A stretch of 31,036 nucleotides of DNA from a virus (Duplodnaviria > Caudoviricetes): IMG/VR virus record IMGVR_UViG_3300020043_004265, positions 1-31,036 of that record; one strand, given 5' to 3'. Position 1 is the stretch's first letter; each line of letters starts with the position of its first letter. Shown one piece after another: positions 17,572 to 26,440 of the stretch. The position numbers and the translations under genes were made by a program. The notes beneath the pieces were generated by a model. It worked only from the letters and a program-made list of their open reading frames with translations, was not told the origin of the DNA and ran no database searches.

Positions 17572-19706
17572 TATGCTCCTAATGGGTTTATAATTCCTAT
17601 AATGTTACTAAATGTTGTTGCTGTTACATCATCGTCTGTCGGGCCTTGTTCCAATATCAACCAAGTCTTGGTGCTGCTGTCAGATTGTGCGCTGTACCCA
17701 TCAATCTTTACCAGTACCCACTCCAATCCATCAATCAGCATCTTGTTTCTGAAGGACAAAGCATTTATGCTTAACAAATCCCAAAAGTAATATGCCTCCA
17801 ATCTCTTCCCGATGCGCTTCCTGGCATACTCCTGCATCCAAAATGATTCGAATAAACCAGTAACATTTTGATTTAACACAATCTCGGTCGCAAAACTAAG
17901 GCTAAAATCTAAGGGATTGTTATAATTGACCATAAAACTTAGCGGAGGAGCAAGCTCAACACCACCTGTAAAGTCATATTTTACGTTTGAATCTGATGGC
18001 AGTCCTCTGAATCCTACAAAATACAATATCCTTGGCTGTATATCGGGATTCATTTCCGTTGCTGTCGGATCTAACTGGTAATCCTGTGGGTAAATTAGCG
18101 GAATCTGCAAAGAACCTAAGGCTGTTGTTCCTTGGATGCTTGAATCATTGGTGTGTATCGTCTTCGCAAAGAACGGATTTTCCCTCTGTTCGATAACTTC
18201 GTTGAATCTGTCCTGTGGAAGTACATATTGTGAACCAAATATCTTAATCGGTTCGTTAAGTTCCCTTTCGGCTTCCGTATCTCCATCTGTTATGTATTCG
18301 AATAGTGTTGTTTTTGGTACATCGCTCAAGTTGAACAACTCGGCATCAGGTTCTAAGTCCAGTCCTTGTGTAGAATCTACTGTCGGAACAGCGTAAAAGC
18401 CATCTCTCAACTCTTGTGGTATGTTTGTCGGAGCATTGTTCTGCCTGTAAAGATATGGATCAGCAGGTTCAATCAAAACTTGCTGTGCTTGTGGATTCGC
18501 TTCGAATCTAAGATTGAACATGTGCTGCAATCCCTTAATCATATCCACTACCTTCCATTCCTTAGAAAGGTATTTGAATGCCAAGATTGAACCGAAAGCA
18601 TATTCAGCCTCACCAATGATGTTCATCGTAAAGGCATAAACATTTGTCGGGTCAGTACCACCAAAGTTGTGCAACAAACTTATCGTATCACCAGCACTAA
18701 AAAAACCGATATCATAGATTAAGTTCGCAGATTTGTTACCTGAACCAGGAGATAAAAAGTCTCCAAAACTTATTGCTTGGTTATTAAAATAAACAGGAGT
18801 TGCACCAATGCAAGCACCTACTACAAAACTATAAGTTCCCGATGCGCTTGTCACAGACGCAGATACAGATATCTGATAGTAACCTGTGAATGGCACAACA
18901 TAAAATCCTGTTGCAGTATTGTAAGGAGTTGCTAAGTTCGGCTGTTGATAGCTCGGAAATACATAGGTCACACCTGTGCTGCCAGTTGTTGTTCCAGGTT
19001 CTGTCAAACTGACATTGATATAGTCCTGACTAAACTCTTCAGGATATCTCGCAGGCATCGGCAATGGCAATATCAGTCTTTTAAAAACATCGCTATTTAA
19101 GAACTGACTTGAGATCGTGTAACCAATCGTGTCGAATGCCTTCTCCAATATTGAACGGATAAACAGAAACGGTGTGAACTCGTCAATACCTACTTGCCCT
19201 GCGTTGTTCCATTCCTTCCACTTTATCAAAGTGAATCCATAATAATCACCTGAATCATAAGTGCTACCCCAACCAGCTATCACCGCTGCCGTATCGTAAA
19301 CAATTGAAGGAAAGTCTAAGTCACGGATTCTGATATCTTTCATTCGGATAGTCCAATCAGCATTGGTGCCGTAAAGCTCAACCTTATAGTTCCTACCCTT
19401 GAATCTGTATCGGTGTGACATCAGCACTCCCGATTGCAAAGAAGCTTGCCCTGAAAGAATCTGAACACCACCATCTTCAAAAACGAAAGGCTTCAATGTA
19501 GCAGCCGTTGTTTCATTCGCTGTTCCTGCTGCGTACCAATCATCAAACAAGGCATCATTCACCCCTGTGCTTGGTAACTCAATCCCTCGCTTCGAATATG
19601 CACCCGACACAAAGCCTTCCTCATCCACCTCGTAAACAAGTGAATAAGTCAATCCGCTCTGTGGCAAGTCCACTACCGTTCCATCAATTGTCAATCTCCT
19701 ATACAT
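17571..19706 (-). CDS. Tail tip / hub-like structural protein
   Basis: 711 aa; LTIDG..VDL, YSK..IELP...N..LF, IKGL.HMFNL patterns; internal beta-rich domain. Confidence 0.7.
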   Translation of the reverse strand: MYRRLTIDGTVVDLPQSGLTYSLVYEVDEEGFVSGAYSKRGIELPSTGVNDALFDDWYAAGTANETTAATLKPFVFEDGGVQILSGQASLQSGVLMSHRYRFKGRNYKVELYGTNADWTIRMKDIRIRDLDFPSIVYDTAAVIAGWGSTYDSGDYYGFTLIKWKEWNNAGQVGIDEFTPFLFIRSILEKAFDTIGYTISSQFLNSDVFKRLILPLPMPARYPEEFSQDYINVSLTEPGTTTGSTGVTYVFPSYQQPNLATPYNTATGFYVVPFTGYYQISVSASVTSASGTYSFVVGACIGATPVYFNNQAISFGDFLSPGSGNKSANLIYDIGFFSAGDTISLLHNFGGTDPTNVYAFTMNIIGEAEYAFGSILAFKYLSKEWKVVDMIKGLQHMFNLRFEANPQAQQVLIEPADPYLYRQNNAPTNIPQELRDGFYAVPTVDSTQGLDLEPDAELFNLSDVPKTTLFEYITDGDTEAERELNEPIKIFGSQYVLPQDRFNEVIEQRENPFFAKTIHTNDSSIQGTTALGSLQIPLIYPQDYQLDPTATEMNPDIQPRILYFVGFRGLPSDSNVKYDFTGGVELAPPLSFMVNYNNPLDFSLSFATEIVLNQNVTGLFESFWMQEYARKRIGKRLEAYYFWDLLSINALSFRNKMLIDGLEWVLVKIDGYSAQSDSSTKTWLILEQGPTDDDVTATTFSNIIGIINPLGA

Positions 19707-20025
19707 AGCTCATATAAACATCAGGGTCTTTGGAATAAATTGTCAGCTTACCATCAGTAATATCGAAGCTGCTATTGTGTTTTTCTGCATTGCCAAAAAT
19801 GAACTTGGTAACCAATGTTTCAGGAACATATAGATAGCCAACCATCTTGCTTCGCTTCACCTCGTACTCGCAGGCAATCAGCTTGTAACCTGTGTACAAA
19901 GTTACAGCTCCAAAAGTAATAATCTCACTAAAATTCAAAGTAATTTCATTGCCATAAGCACTACCATTTGTCGATGTCCAGGTAGTGTCTGCAAGCGTAC
20001 TATATCCTGCGTAATCTAATGTCAT
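19699..20025 (-). CDS. Hypothetical protein
   Basis: 108 aa, overlaps both neighbours in the tail operon. Confidence 0.75.
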   Translation of the reverse strand: MTLDYAGYSTLADTTWTSTNGSAYGNEITLNFSEIITFGAVTLYTGYKLIACEYEVKRSKMVGYLYVPETLVTKFIFGNAEKHNSSFDITDGKLTIYSKDPDVYMSYV

Positions 20026-21269
20026 ATTCTGTGGGTTATAATGTCTTGTGATAGGTTCAATGTAAACTCAATCGTAAACAATCCAGGATTCTTTTTCTCA
20101 ATGACATCCTGATCACTCAACCAACATCTCCAATACTCGCTGCTGTCATTGGGATTCACAACATACACCTCAACCGAATAGAACAAATCTTTTAACCAAG
20201 CCATTTCGACATTGGTGACAAGCTTCGTGCATCGATATGCTTTGCTCGCTGTGATGTTCGTTCTCGCTCTGCCGTAATCATCCTGTGTGTGTGGCCAGTT
20301 CAATGGCTTCTGAAACAGTTCCGATGTCACACCAATGGCAAGGTCGGTAAATGTAAAATCGTAGTTATCGACACCGCCCAAGGAATTAAGCCAATACAAG
20401 CTCAACTGCTTCGGACATAAATCATCAAAGGTATAGGTATGCACATCAGAGTTGATAAAGAATAACATCGATGAAAAAAGCGGAACACCTAAACCTGCTG
20501 TAATCGTGTAAGATGCTGCACCTGTAAAGTTCGGAGCAACAGAATTAAAATAAGTTGCAGCAGGTATTGCCTGTAACTGTGGCTTGCCTACTCCAATCGT
20601 GTGCATCTCATCAGGCAGTCCACCTAATGTTGCAAGATAGGCTGTATTTATCAGCGTACCTACACTATTGAAAGTTTCAATCCTAATCTGATTCCATTGG
20701 CTCAAAAACGAAAGGAATATATTTTCGTCTTGCTGTATCTTTCTGCTTGTCGGACTGTTCGTCAAAAATCTCTTGGCAGTTGTAACCAATGGCACACCAA
20801 GAAAATCATCCAAACTCATATCCTCACCGTTCTGCCTTGTGGTAATGCATGCATATTGCAAACCGCTGTAATCTGTTCCAGGGTACACCTCAATTTTTCC
20901 TGTGGCATTGTTTCGGTACTCGTACTTGAATGATACCTCAAACTCCAAAAAGCTATCGGTATTATTTACCCTGGTGTCGGCATTCAAGTCACCAAACGTA
21001 GAACGTCTGCTTCTTTTTGTCAGATACCGCTGTATGTACTGCTGCACATCAACATAAAAGTAATACTCCAATGCAGGCGGTGTTAAACTCGGAACTGACT
21101 GATACGGTGCAACTCTGCCCTCTGCAATGATAATCGTACCACCTGCCGTTGTAATCGTGAACTTGCAATTGGTAATTACATCAGGAGGAAAGGTAGTGTA
21201 CATCACTTGCCATACTACTGGCCTGTATGCTGATGTCGGATTATAAGTCGGTGATGTTATGACTGCCAT
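20022..21269 (-). CDS. Minor tail (distal-tail-like) structural protein
   Basis: 415 aa; WLNSLGGVDNYDF and WLKDLFYS.EVY motifs; tail context. Confidence 0.65.
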   Translation of the reverse strand: MAVITSPTYNPTSAYRPVVWQVMYTTFPPDVITNCKFTITTAGGTIIIAEGRVAPYQSVPSLTPPALEYYFYVDVQQYIQRYLTKRSRRSTFGDLNADTRVNNTDSFLEFEVSFKYEYRNNATGKIEVYPGTDYSGLQYACITTRQNGEDMSLDDFLGVPLVTTAKRFLTNSPTSRKIQQDENIFLSFLSQWNQIRIETFNSVGTLINTAYLATLGGLPDEMHTIGVGKPQLQAIPAATYFNSVAPNFTGAASYTITAGLGVPLFSSMLFFINSDVHTYTFDDLCPKQLSLYWLNSLGGVDNYDFTFTDLAIGVTSELFQKPLNWPHTQDDYGRARTNITASKAYRCTKLVTNVEMAWLKDLFYSVEVYVVNPNDSSEYWRCWLSDQDVIEKKNPGLFTIEFTLNLSQDIITHRI

Positions 21270-21556
21270 TACGGATATATTTCATTGTAAAGCGTAGTGT
21301 AATAAGTGTCAAAGTCCTGACCACTCGCAAACGTGAGCTGACAAATCTCAGCCATTTTTTCTTTCTTCGCTTGGTTCGCTGCATTGTAAGCAGATACAAG
21401 TGTTGCAGGTACGATAAAACTCACATAGGCAGCAACAGCCAAGGAGAATGCAACCTGATCACCACCTTGCAAATCAATGGCATCTTGGTAATCGTTGGTC
21501 AATGTCTCGCTGTCTGTGCTGCTCAGGAGTGTCAGTAAAAATCTTTTCTCTGTCAT
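21269..21556 (-). CDS. Hypothetical protein
   Basis: 95 aa, TAATG-coupled on both sides. Confidence 0.75.
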   Translation of the reverse strand: MTEKRFLLTLLSSTDSETLTNDYQDAIDLQGGDQVAFSLAVAAYVSFIVPATLVSAYNAANQAKKEKMAEICQLTFASGQDFDTYYTTLYNEIYP

Positions 21557-22056
21557 TATGCTCTTCTTATGTTTTCAATAATTTTATCAATCTTTGCTTC
21601 AAATACTGCTGCTGACCACTCCTCTGCAAATTTCATAATTTCCTCTTCTGTGGCATCAATAGTCTTCTGAATAAACTGTGTCGGGCCTTTAACTGGCATA
21701 CCGACTTTCTTATGCTTTCGGGCAATCGCAAACGCTATGCCTAAACTCTTTCTGTTATCCGTAACACCTAACTTCAACTGCGCAAATCTCTGCAACCCTT
21801 CAATGTACTTACTCCTTCCACCTCTTCCCGATGGCTCTGTGAATGGAATCCGATCAGCAGGAACACCCTGGTCTAATGCTATGCCATAACTGTTCAACCA
21901 AATCTCAATCTTTCTTCCTCCGATCGTACTCAGTATTCGGCTCTCGATACTTTCGACCAAATCTCCTGTCATTATGTGGTTCGCAATTTTTAATTGCTGC
22001 CTCATCTCTTCTTTGAGTAGTTCCGCAAGATTGTTCAGTAATTCGTTGGCTTCCAT
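21556..22056 (-). CDS. Putative neck / tail-completion protein (HK97 gp10-like)
   Basis: TGDLVESI, YG..LDQG, AFAIARK...G....TQFI. Confidence 0.6.
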   Translation of the reverse strand: MEANELLNNLAELLKEEMRQQLKIANHIMTGDLVESIESRILSTIGGRKIEIWLNSYGIALDQGVPADRIPFTEPSGRGGRSKYIEGLQRFAQLKLGVTDNRKSLGIAFAIARKHKKVGMPVKGPTQFIQKTIDATEEEIMKFAEEWSAAVFEAKIDKIIENIRRA

Positions 22057-22073
22057 GTATCTGTGGGCAAGTT

Positions 22074-22640
22074 CTATGTTTGGGTATTCTCTTCATCAGC
22101 TGTGGCAATATCTTCCAGGTCAACAGGCAAAAAGGATATGTCTAAACTTTGGTCATCGCAGATAGCAGGAACAACCAAATCCAATGTAACTCTAACGCTG
22201 CGAGTATCAGCCGTGAATCGGTATGGGTCAAACTCAATGCGATAGTCACCAACATTGAAAGGCGGATTCGACACCGCAGAATAGTCCAACAAATATTGGA
22301 TTAGCTTCTTTGCAAGTATCTGCAAGGTCTGCTCAAGTTCGATGGTGGTGTCAATCTTGTAGGTCAAAACTCCTTGCTCGTAGGCATAGGTATCTGTAAT
22401 CAGAAACTCAACCTGGTAAGTATCATAAATCGCAGCTGTATTGCTTTCCATTGCCCGACTGTTTAAAATCGGAGGCAACAATAACACATACGGAAATAAA
22501 CGACCTGTATCTGATAACGGATCGTAGTTGTTCCCGATGTTGATGTTCATATCCGATGGGAATCCGTAATGATAGAAACGGTAATCGGCATCGTTCTGAA
22601 CAATCAGATTGAATAAGTTAGATAGTTGTGTTATTGTCAT
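22074..22640 (-). CDS. Putative tail terminator-like protein
   Basis: 188 aa, acidic, FPYVLL motif; context. Confidence 0.5.
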   Translation of the reverse strand: MTITQLSNLFNLIVQNDADYRFYHYGFPSDMNINIGNNYDPLSDTGRLFPYVLLLPPILNSRAMESNTAAIYDTYQVEFLITDTYAYEQGVLTYKIDTTIELEQTLQILAKKLIQYLLDYSAVSNPPFNVGDYRIEFDPYRFTADTRSVRVTLDLVVPAICDDQSLDISFLPVDLEDIATADEENTQT

Positions 22641-23427
22641 TGTTTCATCATATTTGATTCGTACTCATTCTGTGCAGATTTAAGACTTAGAAAGGCGAAT
22701 GCCGTGTACAAGGGTAGCTTTGCAGCTTCTTTTATCTTCAGTATGTCACCACCTGCTAAGGTTACAAATGTCGCAAACCATCCGTAAGGTTCAATTAAAT
22801 CTTTGACACCTGCTTTAAGGCTGCGAGCGTCTGGCTCGTCGTATAGATTTGCAAATCTTTCTGCAATTTCTCGCTTTGTCTCAGCAAAAAAAAACCTACC
22901 TGGAATAAATCATCGGCATTCAACATACTTTCAAATAACTTCGCTCGCTCTTCAACCTTGTAATCATCAAAACCCTCACCCTCCTTTCGGCAGAGAACTG
23001 CTGCTACTTTTGGCAATGCTTTATACTGCCCATTCATCACATCAGCCAACTGCTTCTCATACTCATTCGCCTCTGCAAAGTCCTCGATTGTACTGTTTTG
23101 CATAAATCGCTGCGGAAGATAATATAATTCTCCCGATAATTCAAAGCAATTAAATGTAGTATTTTCAACTGGTGCCAAATAATTTTGATGCACAGCGTAA
23201 ACTCCTGCAATGTCTTCAGCTTTGCACTTCCGTATCAGCTTCTCTTCAGCACCAGTCCAAAAGGCAATATGCTTGGTGTAATAGTTCAACCAAACAACCA
23301 AGTCTTTATTGTCTTCTTCAGGTTCATAATCGTCAATGAACTCCAAATAATCAACGAAGCGACTGATGCTTATCTCGCTCAGTTTTGGCAGTTGGTATTT
23401 GATGCCTTCAATCTTGATGTCAATCAT
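22637..23427 (-). CDS. -1 frameshift product of the chaperone (GT-like, about 263 aa)
   Basis: After the slip at 22886-22896 the -1 frame is open for 83 codons (FAETKREIA...PYGWFATFVTLAGGDILK...MMKQ*). Its TGA overlaps the next gene's ATG, filling the gap exactly. Confidence 0.8.
22795..23427 (-). CDS. Putative tail assembly chaperone, short (G-like) form
   Basis: 210 aa acidic protein containing GGT TTT TTT TTG near its 3' end. Confidence 0.7.
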   Translation of the reverse strand: MIDIKIEGIKYQLPKLSEISISRFVDYLEFIDDYEPEEDNKDLVVWLNYYTKHIAFWTGAEEKLIRKCKAEDIAGVYAVHQNYLAPVENTTFNCFELSGELYYLPQRFMQNSTIEDFAEANEYEKQLADVMNGQYKALPKVAAVLCRKEGEGFDDYKVEERAKLFESMLNADDLFQVGFFLLRQSEKLQKDLQIYTTSQTLAALKQVSKI

Positions 23428-23666
23428 TTCGCTTTTGGTTTGCTGATTTTAATCTGTTTCTTCTCTGCCGGTATGGAATGCTGAAAATATTCCTTGCCTT
23501 GCTTATCCAAGATGGACTGGTCCGTGATGATGCGCTCACATATCCTGCGAGCTGCAACCAAGTTATTGAGCAGCTGCCTTGTCTGCAAACTCCATTTTTC
23601 TGTCTTATCTTCGACCTCACTAATCATCAGGTCAAGATGTGTTTTCATATCCTTAGCGTTAATCAT
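23424..23666 (-). CDS. Hypothetical protein
   Basis: 80 aa, ATGA-coupled on both sides. Confidence 0.75.
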   Translation of the reverse strand: MINAKDMKTHLDLMISEVEDKTEKWSLQTRQLLNNLVAARRICERIITDQSILDKQGKEYFQHSIPAEKKQIKISKPKAK

Positions 23667-25105
23667 AATAATATAAATTTGTTATTCTTTTTTGATATTA
23701 CAGATGTTACTGCATAGCGCATCGCATCCAAACTATGGTCAAATTCTTTTATCGCTTCATCCAATGGATTCCCATCGGCATCCTCTTTGTATCGGTAGTT
23801 CGAAAGCTCAATGGCAACATCCTTGCTTTCCTTGGTGACTACCAACTCAAACTCATTGATAGCTGATATGCCGTAGGATATACTGTCCTTGCCTTTGTCG
23901 GCCTTGTGTACGTTCAGCCTATGCTTGCCTCGAAGATGGTCAATCAAAATCGGGTCAGCAGAATCTGCAATTATCTTGCCTCTGCTCGTCTGTATCGTTC
24001 TGTTTATCTCGTTGCCTAACTCATCGATACCCATCCCTCGCTTGTATATCAGCTGCTTAATGTAAATCTTTCGGGTGAGCATATCCAACTTAATCTCAAC
24101 GAATGCCGCAGGACTGGTGCTGTAACCAAAGTCAAGTCCGTAAATCGGCTCAATGCCAATCTGCCTGTACTCAGCCTCATCAATCGCATTCCATTTCGGA
24201 TACACCAAACCACCTTCGAAAGGTTTCGGGTCTTGCTGATACATAGCTTGGAACAACCTCGGAGAATTGTCTTGAAACTTTTGCAGTTTTTCAAGGCTGT
24301 GTCTTTCGGGCCATAAAGCCTCACCGATGTTTCTCGGATCGTCTTGTCTTTTGTCCGCTGTCATCAGGATACCTGGAAGCGTTAAGACTGTCCACTCGTG
24401 TGCATCCTTCTGCTTTAAGATTCTGCCTGACAAGTCATCTTCGTGCCATCTCGTTTGAGTGATTAGGACTTGTGAGTTATTGTGCAGACGAGTAGAGAAA
24501 ACACCATTGTACCAATCCCAAACTCTTGCCCGGTATGTCATACTGTTAGCCTCAACAACATCTTTTACAGGGTCATCAATGATGCCAATGTCAACTGGTG
24601 TACCAGTAAGCGAACCACCAACACCAACGGACTTATAGAAACCAACATTTTCGACAATCTCAAAGATGTCGGCATTGCGCAGGAAAGAACCTTTGGCAGA
24701 TGTGCGGATATTGGAAGAGTTTAGCCTGGTGTTTGGGAAGACATCGATGTAAACATCATCATCCATAATGCGCTGCACATCACGGTTAAAACTTCGGCTT
24801 AAATCGGCAGAATATGAGCAACCGACAATCTTTAACTTTGGGTTTATGCCAAGCAAGTACGCAGGCAATCTTCTCGATGTCAGCTCAGACTTTCCGTGTT
24901 GAGGCGGCATAAATACCATCAGCTTTCTAATCTTGCCTTCTGCGAACTTTTGAAGGTACTCAATCAGCAGATTGTGATGCCAGGAGAACTGGTAGTCAGG
25001 TTTGGTATGTTTAACGAATCGTTTAAAATCCTTCGCTGCTATCAGTTGTCGGATCCGCTGCAAGTTCAGCAATTCGTTCAAGTTCTCTGAGTTGATCAAG
25101 GCCAA
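23663..25105 (-). CDS. terL: Terminase large subunit
   Basis: Walker A MPPQHGKS, Walker B IGIIDDP, TRWHEDD, nuclease YGLDFG, ADSA and DHSLDAMRYA; TTG start position uncertain. Confidence 0.95.
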   Translation of the reverse strand: MALINSENLNELLNLQRIRQLIAAKDFKRFVKHTKPDYQFSWHHNLLIEYLQKFAEGKIRKLMVFMPPQHGKSELTSRRLPAYLLGINPKLKIVGCSYSADLSRSFNRDVQRIMDDDVYIDVFPNTRLNSSNIRTSAKGSFLRNADIFEIVENVGFYKSVGVGGSLTGTPVDIGIIDDPVKDVVEANSMTYRARVWDWYNGVFSTRLHNNSQVLITQTRWHEDDLSGRILKQKDAHEWTVLTLPGILMTADKRQDDPRNIGEALWPERHSLEKLQKFQDNSPRLFQAMYQQDPKPFEGGLVYPKWNAIDEAEYRQIGIEPIYGLDFGYSTSPAAFVEIKLDMLTRKIYIKQLIYKRGMGIDELGNEINRTIQTSRGKIIADSADPILIDHLRGKHRLNVHKADKGKDSISYGISAINEFELVVTKESKDVAIELSNYRYKEDADGNPLDEAIKEFDHSLDAMRYAVTSVISKKNNKFILL

Positions 25106-25379
25106 GGTTTTCCAGTTTTAATGTTTGTTTTATCTCTATCATTCCACCATCTTCGCCAGTTATCTCGGTGCGGCTTAGTTTTGGTATTAGGTATTCCTGA
25201 AGCTCAAGCCAAATCTTCACTCTGTCTTTGGGTTCCATCATTTCGAGGTCTTCTTCGATATGTTCCCCAAGCTTGTTTGCTATCCTCGCCAGGAAGGTTT
25301 TTGTTTCGGCTGTGGTTTTGTTAAGGCTACCTTTCGGTCTGCCAGTTGCCATTTTGTGTCCTTTTTCAAATAATCCCAT
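25023..25379 (-). CDS. terS: Terminase small subunit
   Basis: F.KG....GRPKGSLNKTT, YLIPKL...EITGEDG; directly upstream of terL. Confidence 0.75.
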   Translation of the reverse strand: MGLFEKGHKMATGRPKGSLNKTTAETKTFLARIANKLGEHIEEDLEMMEPKDRVKIWLELQEYLIPKLSRTEITGEDGGMIEIKQTLKLENLGLDQLRELERIAELAADPTTDSSEGF

Positions 25380-25507
25380 TTATTTCCATTTTTTTAATGG
25401 TCATCTTAGCCTTATTTATCATTCTTTAGTACCTACAATCAATTATCTTTCTTTTTTGGTATCAATATACCACTTGAATAAAAAAAGTGTCTTAAATCGG
25501 CTATTTT

Positions 25508-25573
25508 TAAAATCGGGGAAGGAAACTACCAATAACCTTCCCCTGAGAGACAAACTTAAAACCTGTTTACAAA
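25508..25573 (-). ncRNA. Candidate small antisense RNA or late leader, with hairpin loop UUAUUGGUAGUUU
   Basis: Perfect 8-bp stem GGGGAAGG/CCTTCCCC (25515-25543), followed by GATTTT; TATTTTTG -7 box upstream. Ends are approximate. Confidence 0.6.
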
Positions 25574-25579
25574 GCACTG

Positions 25580-25587
25580 CAAAAATA
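25580..25587 (-). promoter_or_regulatory. Bacteroidetes -7 promoter box
   Basis: TATTTTTG matches TAnnTTTG; no clear -33 box. Confidence 0.5.
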
Positions 25588-25612
25588 TGTTTTTTTTTCG
25601 AAAAAGTGAAGT

Positions 25613-25831
25613 GTTACAAGCGTTACATTTTTGTTACATCAGAACACCCACTAATACTATATTGTAACAATGTAACAGATGTAACAGGTATTATGTATGT
25701 ATATATAATAGTATAATAGTGTTCCTCATAATGAATGTATTTTCTCGTTACAAGCGTTACATTGTTACACGAGTTGATAATCAATAAGTTATCCGTATCA
25801 AAATTGTAACACATTCAAAAAGCTGTTACAA
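25613..25831. repeat. Eleven GTTACA/TGTAAC hexamers, putative replication origin (or packaging site)
   Basis: GTTACA at 25613, 25622, 25633, 25747, 25756, 25764, 25825; TGTAAC at 25663, 25671, 25680, 25805; AT-rich core. Confidence 0.8.
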
Positions 25832-25835
25832 GGGC

Positions 25836-25867
25836 AAAAAAAAGAGTGCCCCGACATAAGGCACTCT
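25836..25867 (-). terminator. Intrinsic terminator of the recombination operon
   Basis: AGAGTGCC-TTATGTCGG-GGCACTCT followed by T7. Confidence 0.85.
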
Positions 25868-25886
25868 AAAACAAACTATTAACACA

Positions 25887-26414
25887 CTAAACTTGGTCGT
25901 TAAAATCGGATTTTTTAAGTAACGAGTTGTAATCCATCGTTGTTTTTCGGCTCACATCACGTCCGAAAATCTTACCAAATTTCTCCGCTGCGTCTTTTAT
26001 TGCGTAACTTTCAGCAGCGGGTGCAGCCTTCTGAACTCCATCCGTTTTAACTGAGTTCCAATCAGTTGCACCACTTCCCTTGTCTGTTTGTATCGGAGCA
26101 GCACCAATACCATCTTGCCATTCTGTTTCTCCAGTAATTGGGTTTGTTACAAATAGTCTAACCGTGACGCAGACGCTGTTTGCGAGGATTTGAACGGATT
26201 TTACCTCAACCGACCATTTTGTAAAAATACGTGTTAAAAGATACTCAATTTTCTCAATTGGCATATAATTATACCCCTTAATCATCGGATGTGTTACAAG
26301 CCAAGCCTTAGGAGGATCTTGATTTAGCAGTACAGTTAAGGCATTTTGTTTAAGTGATTCCTGTGTGTCTGTGATTAGATCCTGGAATGTTGGAAGTTTT
26401 GTGATGTTTGACAT
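25887..26414 (-). CDS. Rad52/Sak-like single-strand annealing protein
   Basis: YMPIEKIEYLLTRIF..W, AAESYAIKDAAEKFG..FGRD; adjacent to an exonuclease. Confidence 0.75.
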   Translation of the reverse strand: MSNITKLPTFQDLITDTQESLKQNALTVLLNQDPPKAWLVTHPMIKGYNYMPIEKIEYLLTRIFTKWSVEVKSVQILANSVCVTVRLFVTNPITGETEWQDGIGAAPIQTDKGSGATDWNSVKTDGVQKAAPAAESYAIKDAAEKFGKIFGRDVSRKTTMDYNSLLKKSDFNDQV

Positions 26415-26416
26415 TG

Positions 26417-26424
26417 TGGTAGTT
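26417..26424 (-). promoter_or_regulatory. AACTACC leader motif, copy 5
   Basis: AAATAACTACC-ACA-ATG(26414). Confidence 0.7.
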
Positions 26425-26440
26425 ATTTAAAGATTAAGAA

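Noticed and set aside
15657-18707. Slippery-like heptamers in the tape measure (about 15657, 15812) and tail tip (18699-18707) genes
   Set aside because: Short T-runs are common in AT-rich DNA; no orphan downstream frame or clear domain boundary
25228-25814. ORFs 25228..25716(+) and 25623..25814(-)
   Set aside because: They run through terS antisense, the hairpin and the hexamer repeats; better explained as non-coding signals
25613-25831. CRISPR array
   Set aside because: Repeats are 6-17 bp in mixed orientation with no regular spacers, and no cas genes are present
5407-25889. Stop-codon reassignment
   Set aside because: TAG (5407, 22074, 25887), TGA and TAA all end genes at sensible positions, and coding density is high under the standard code
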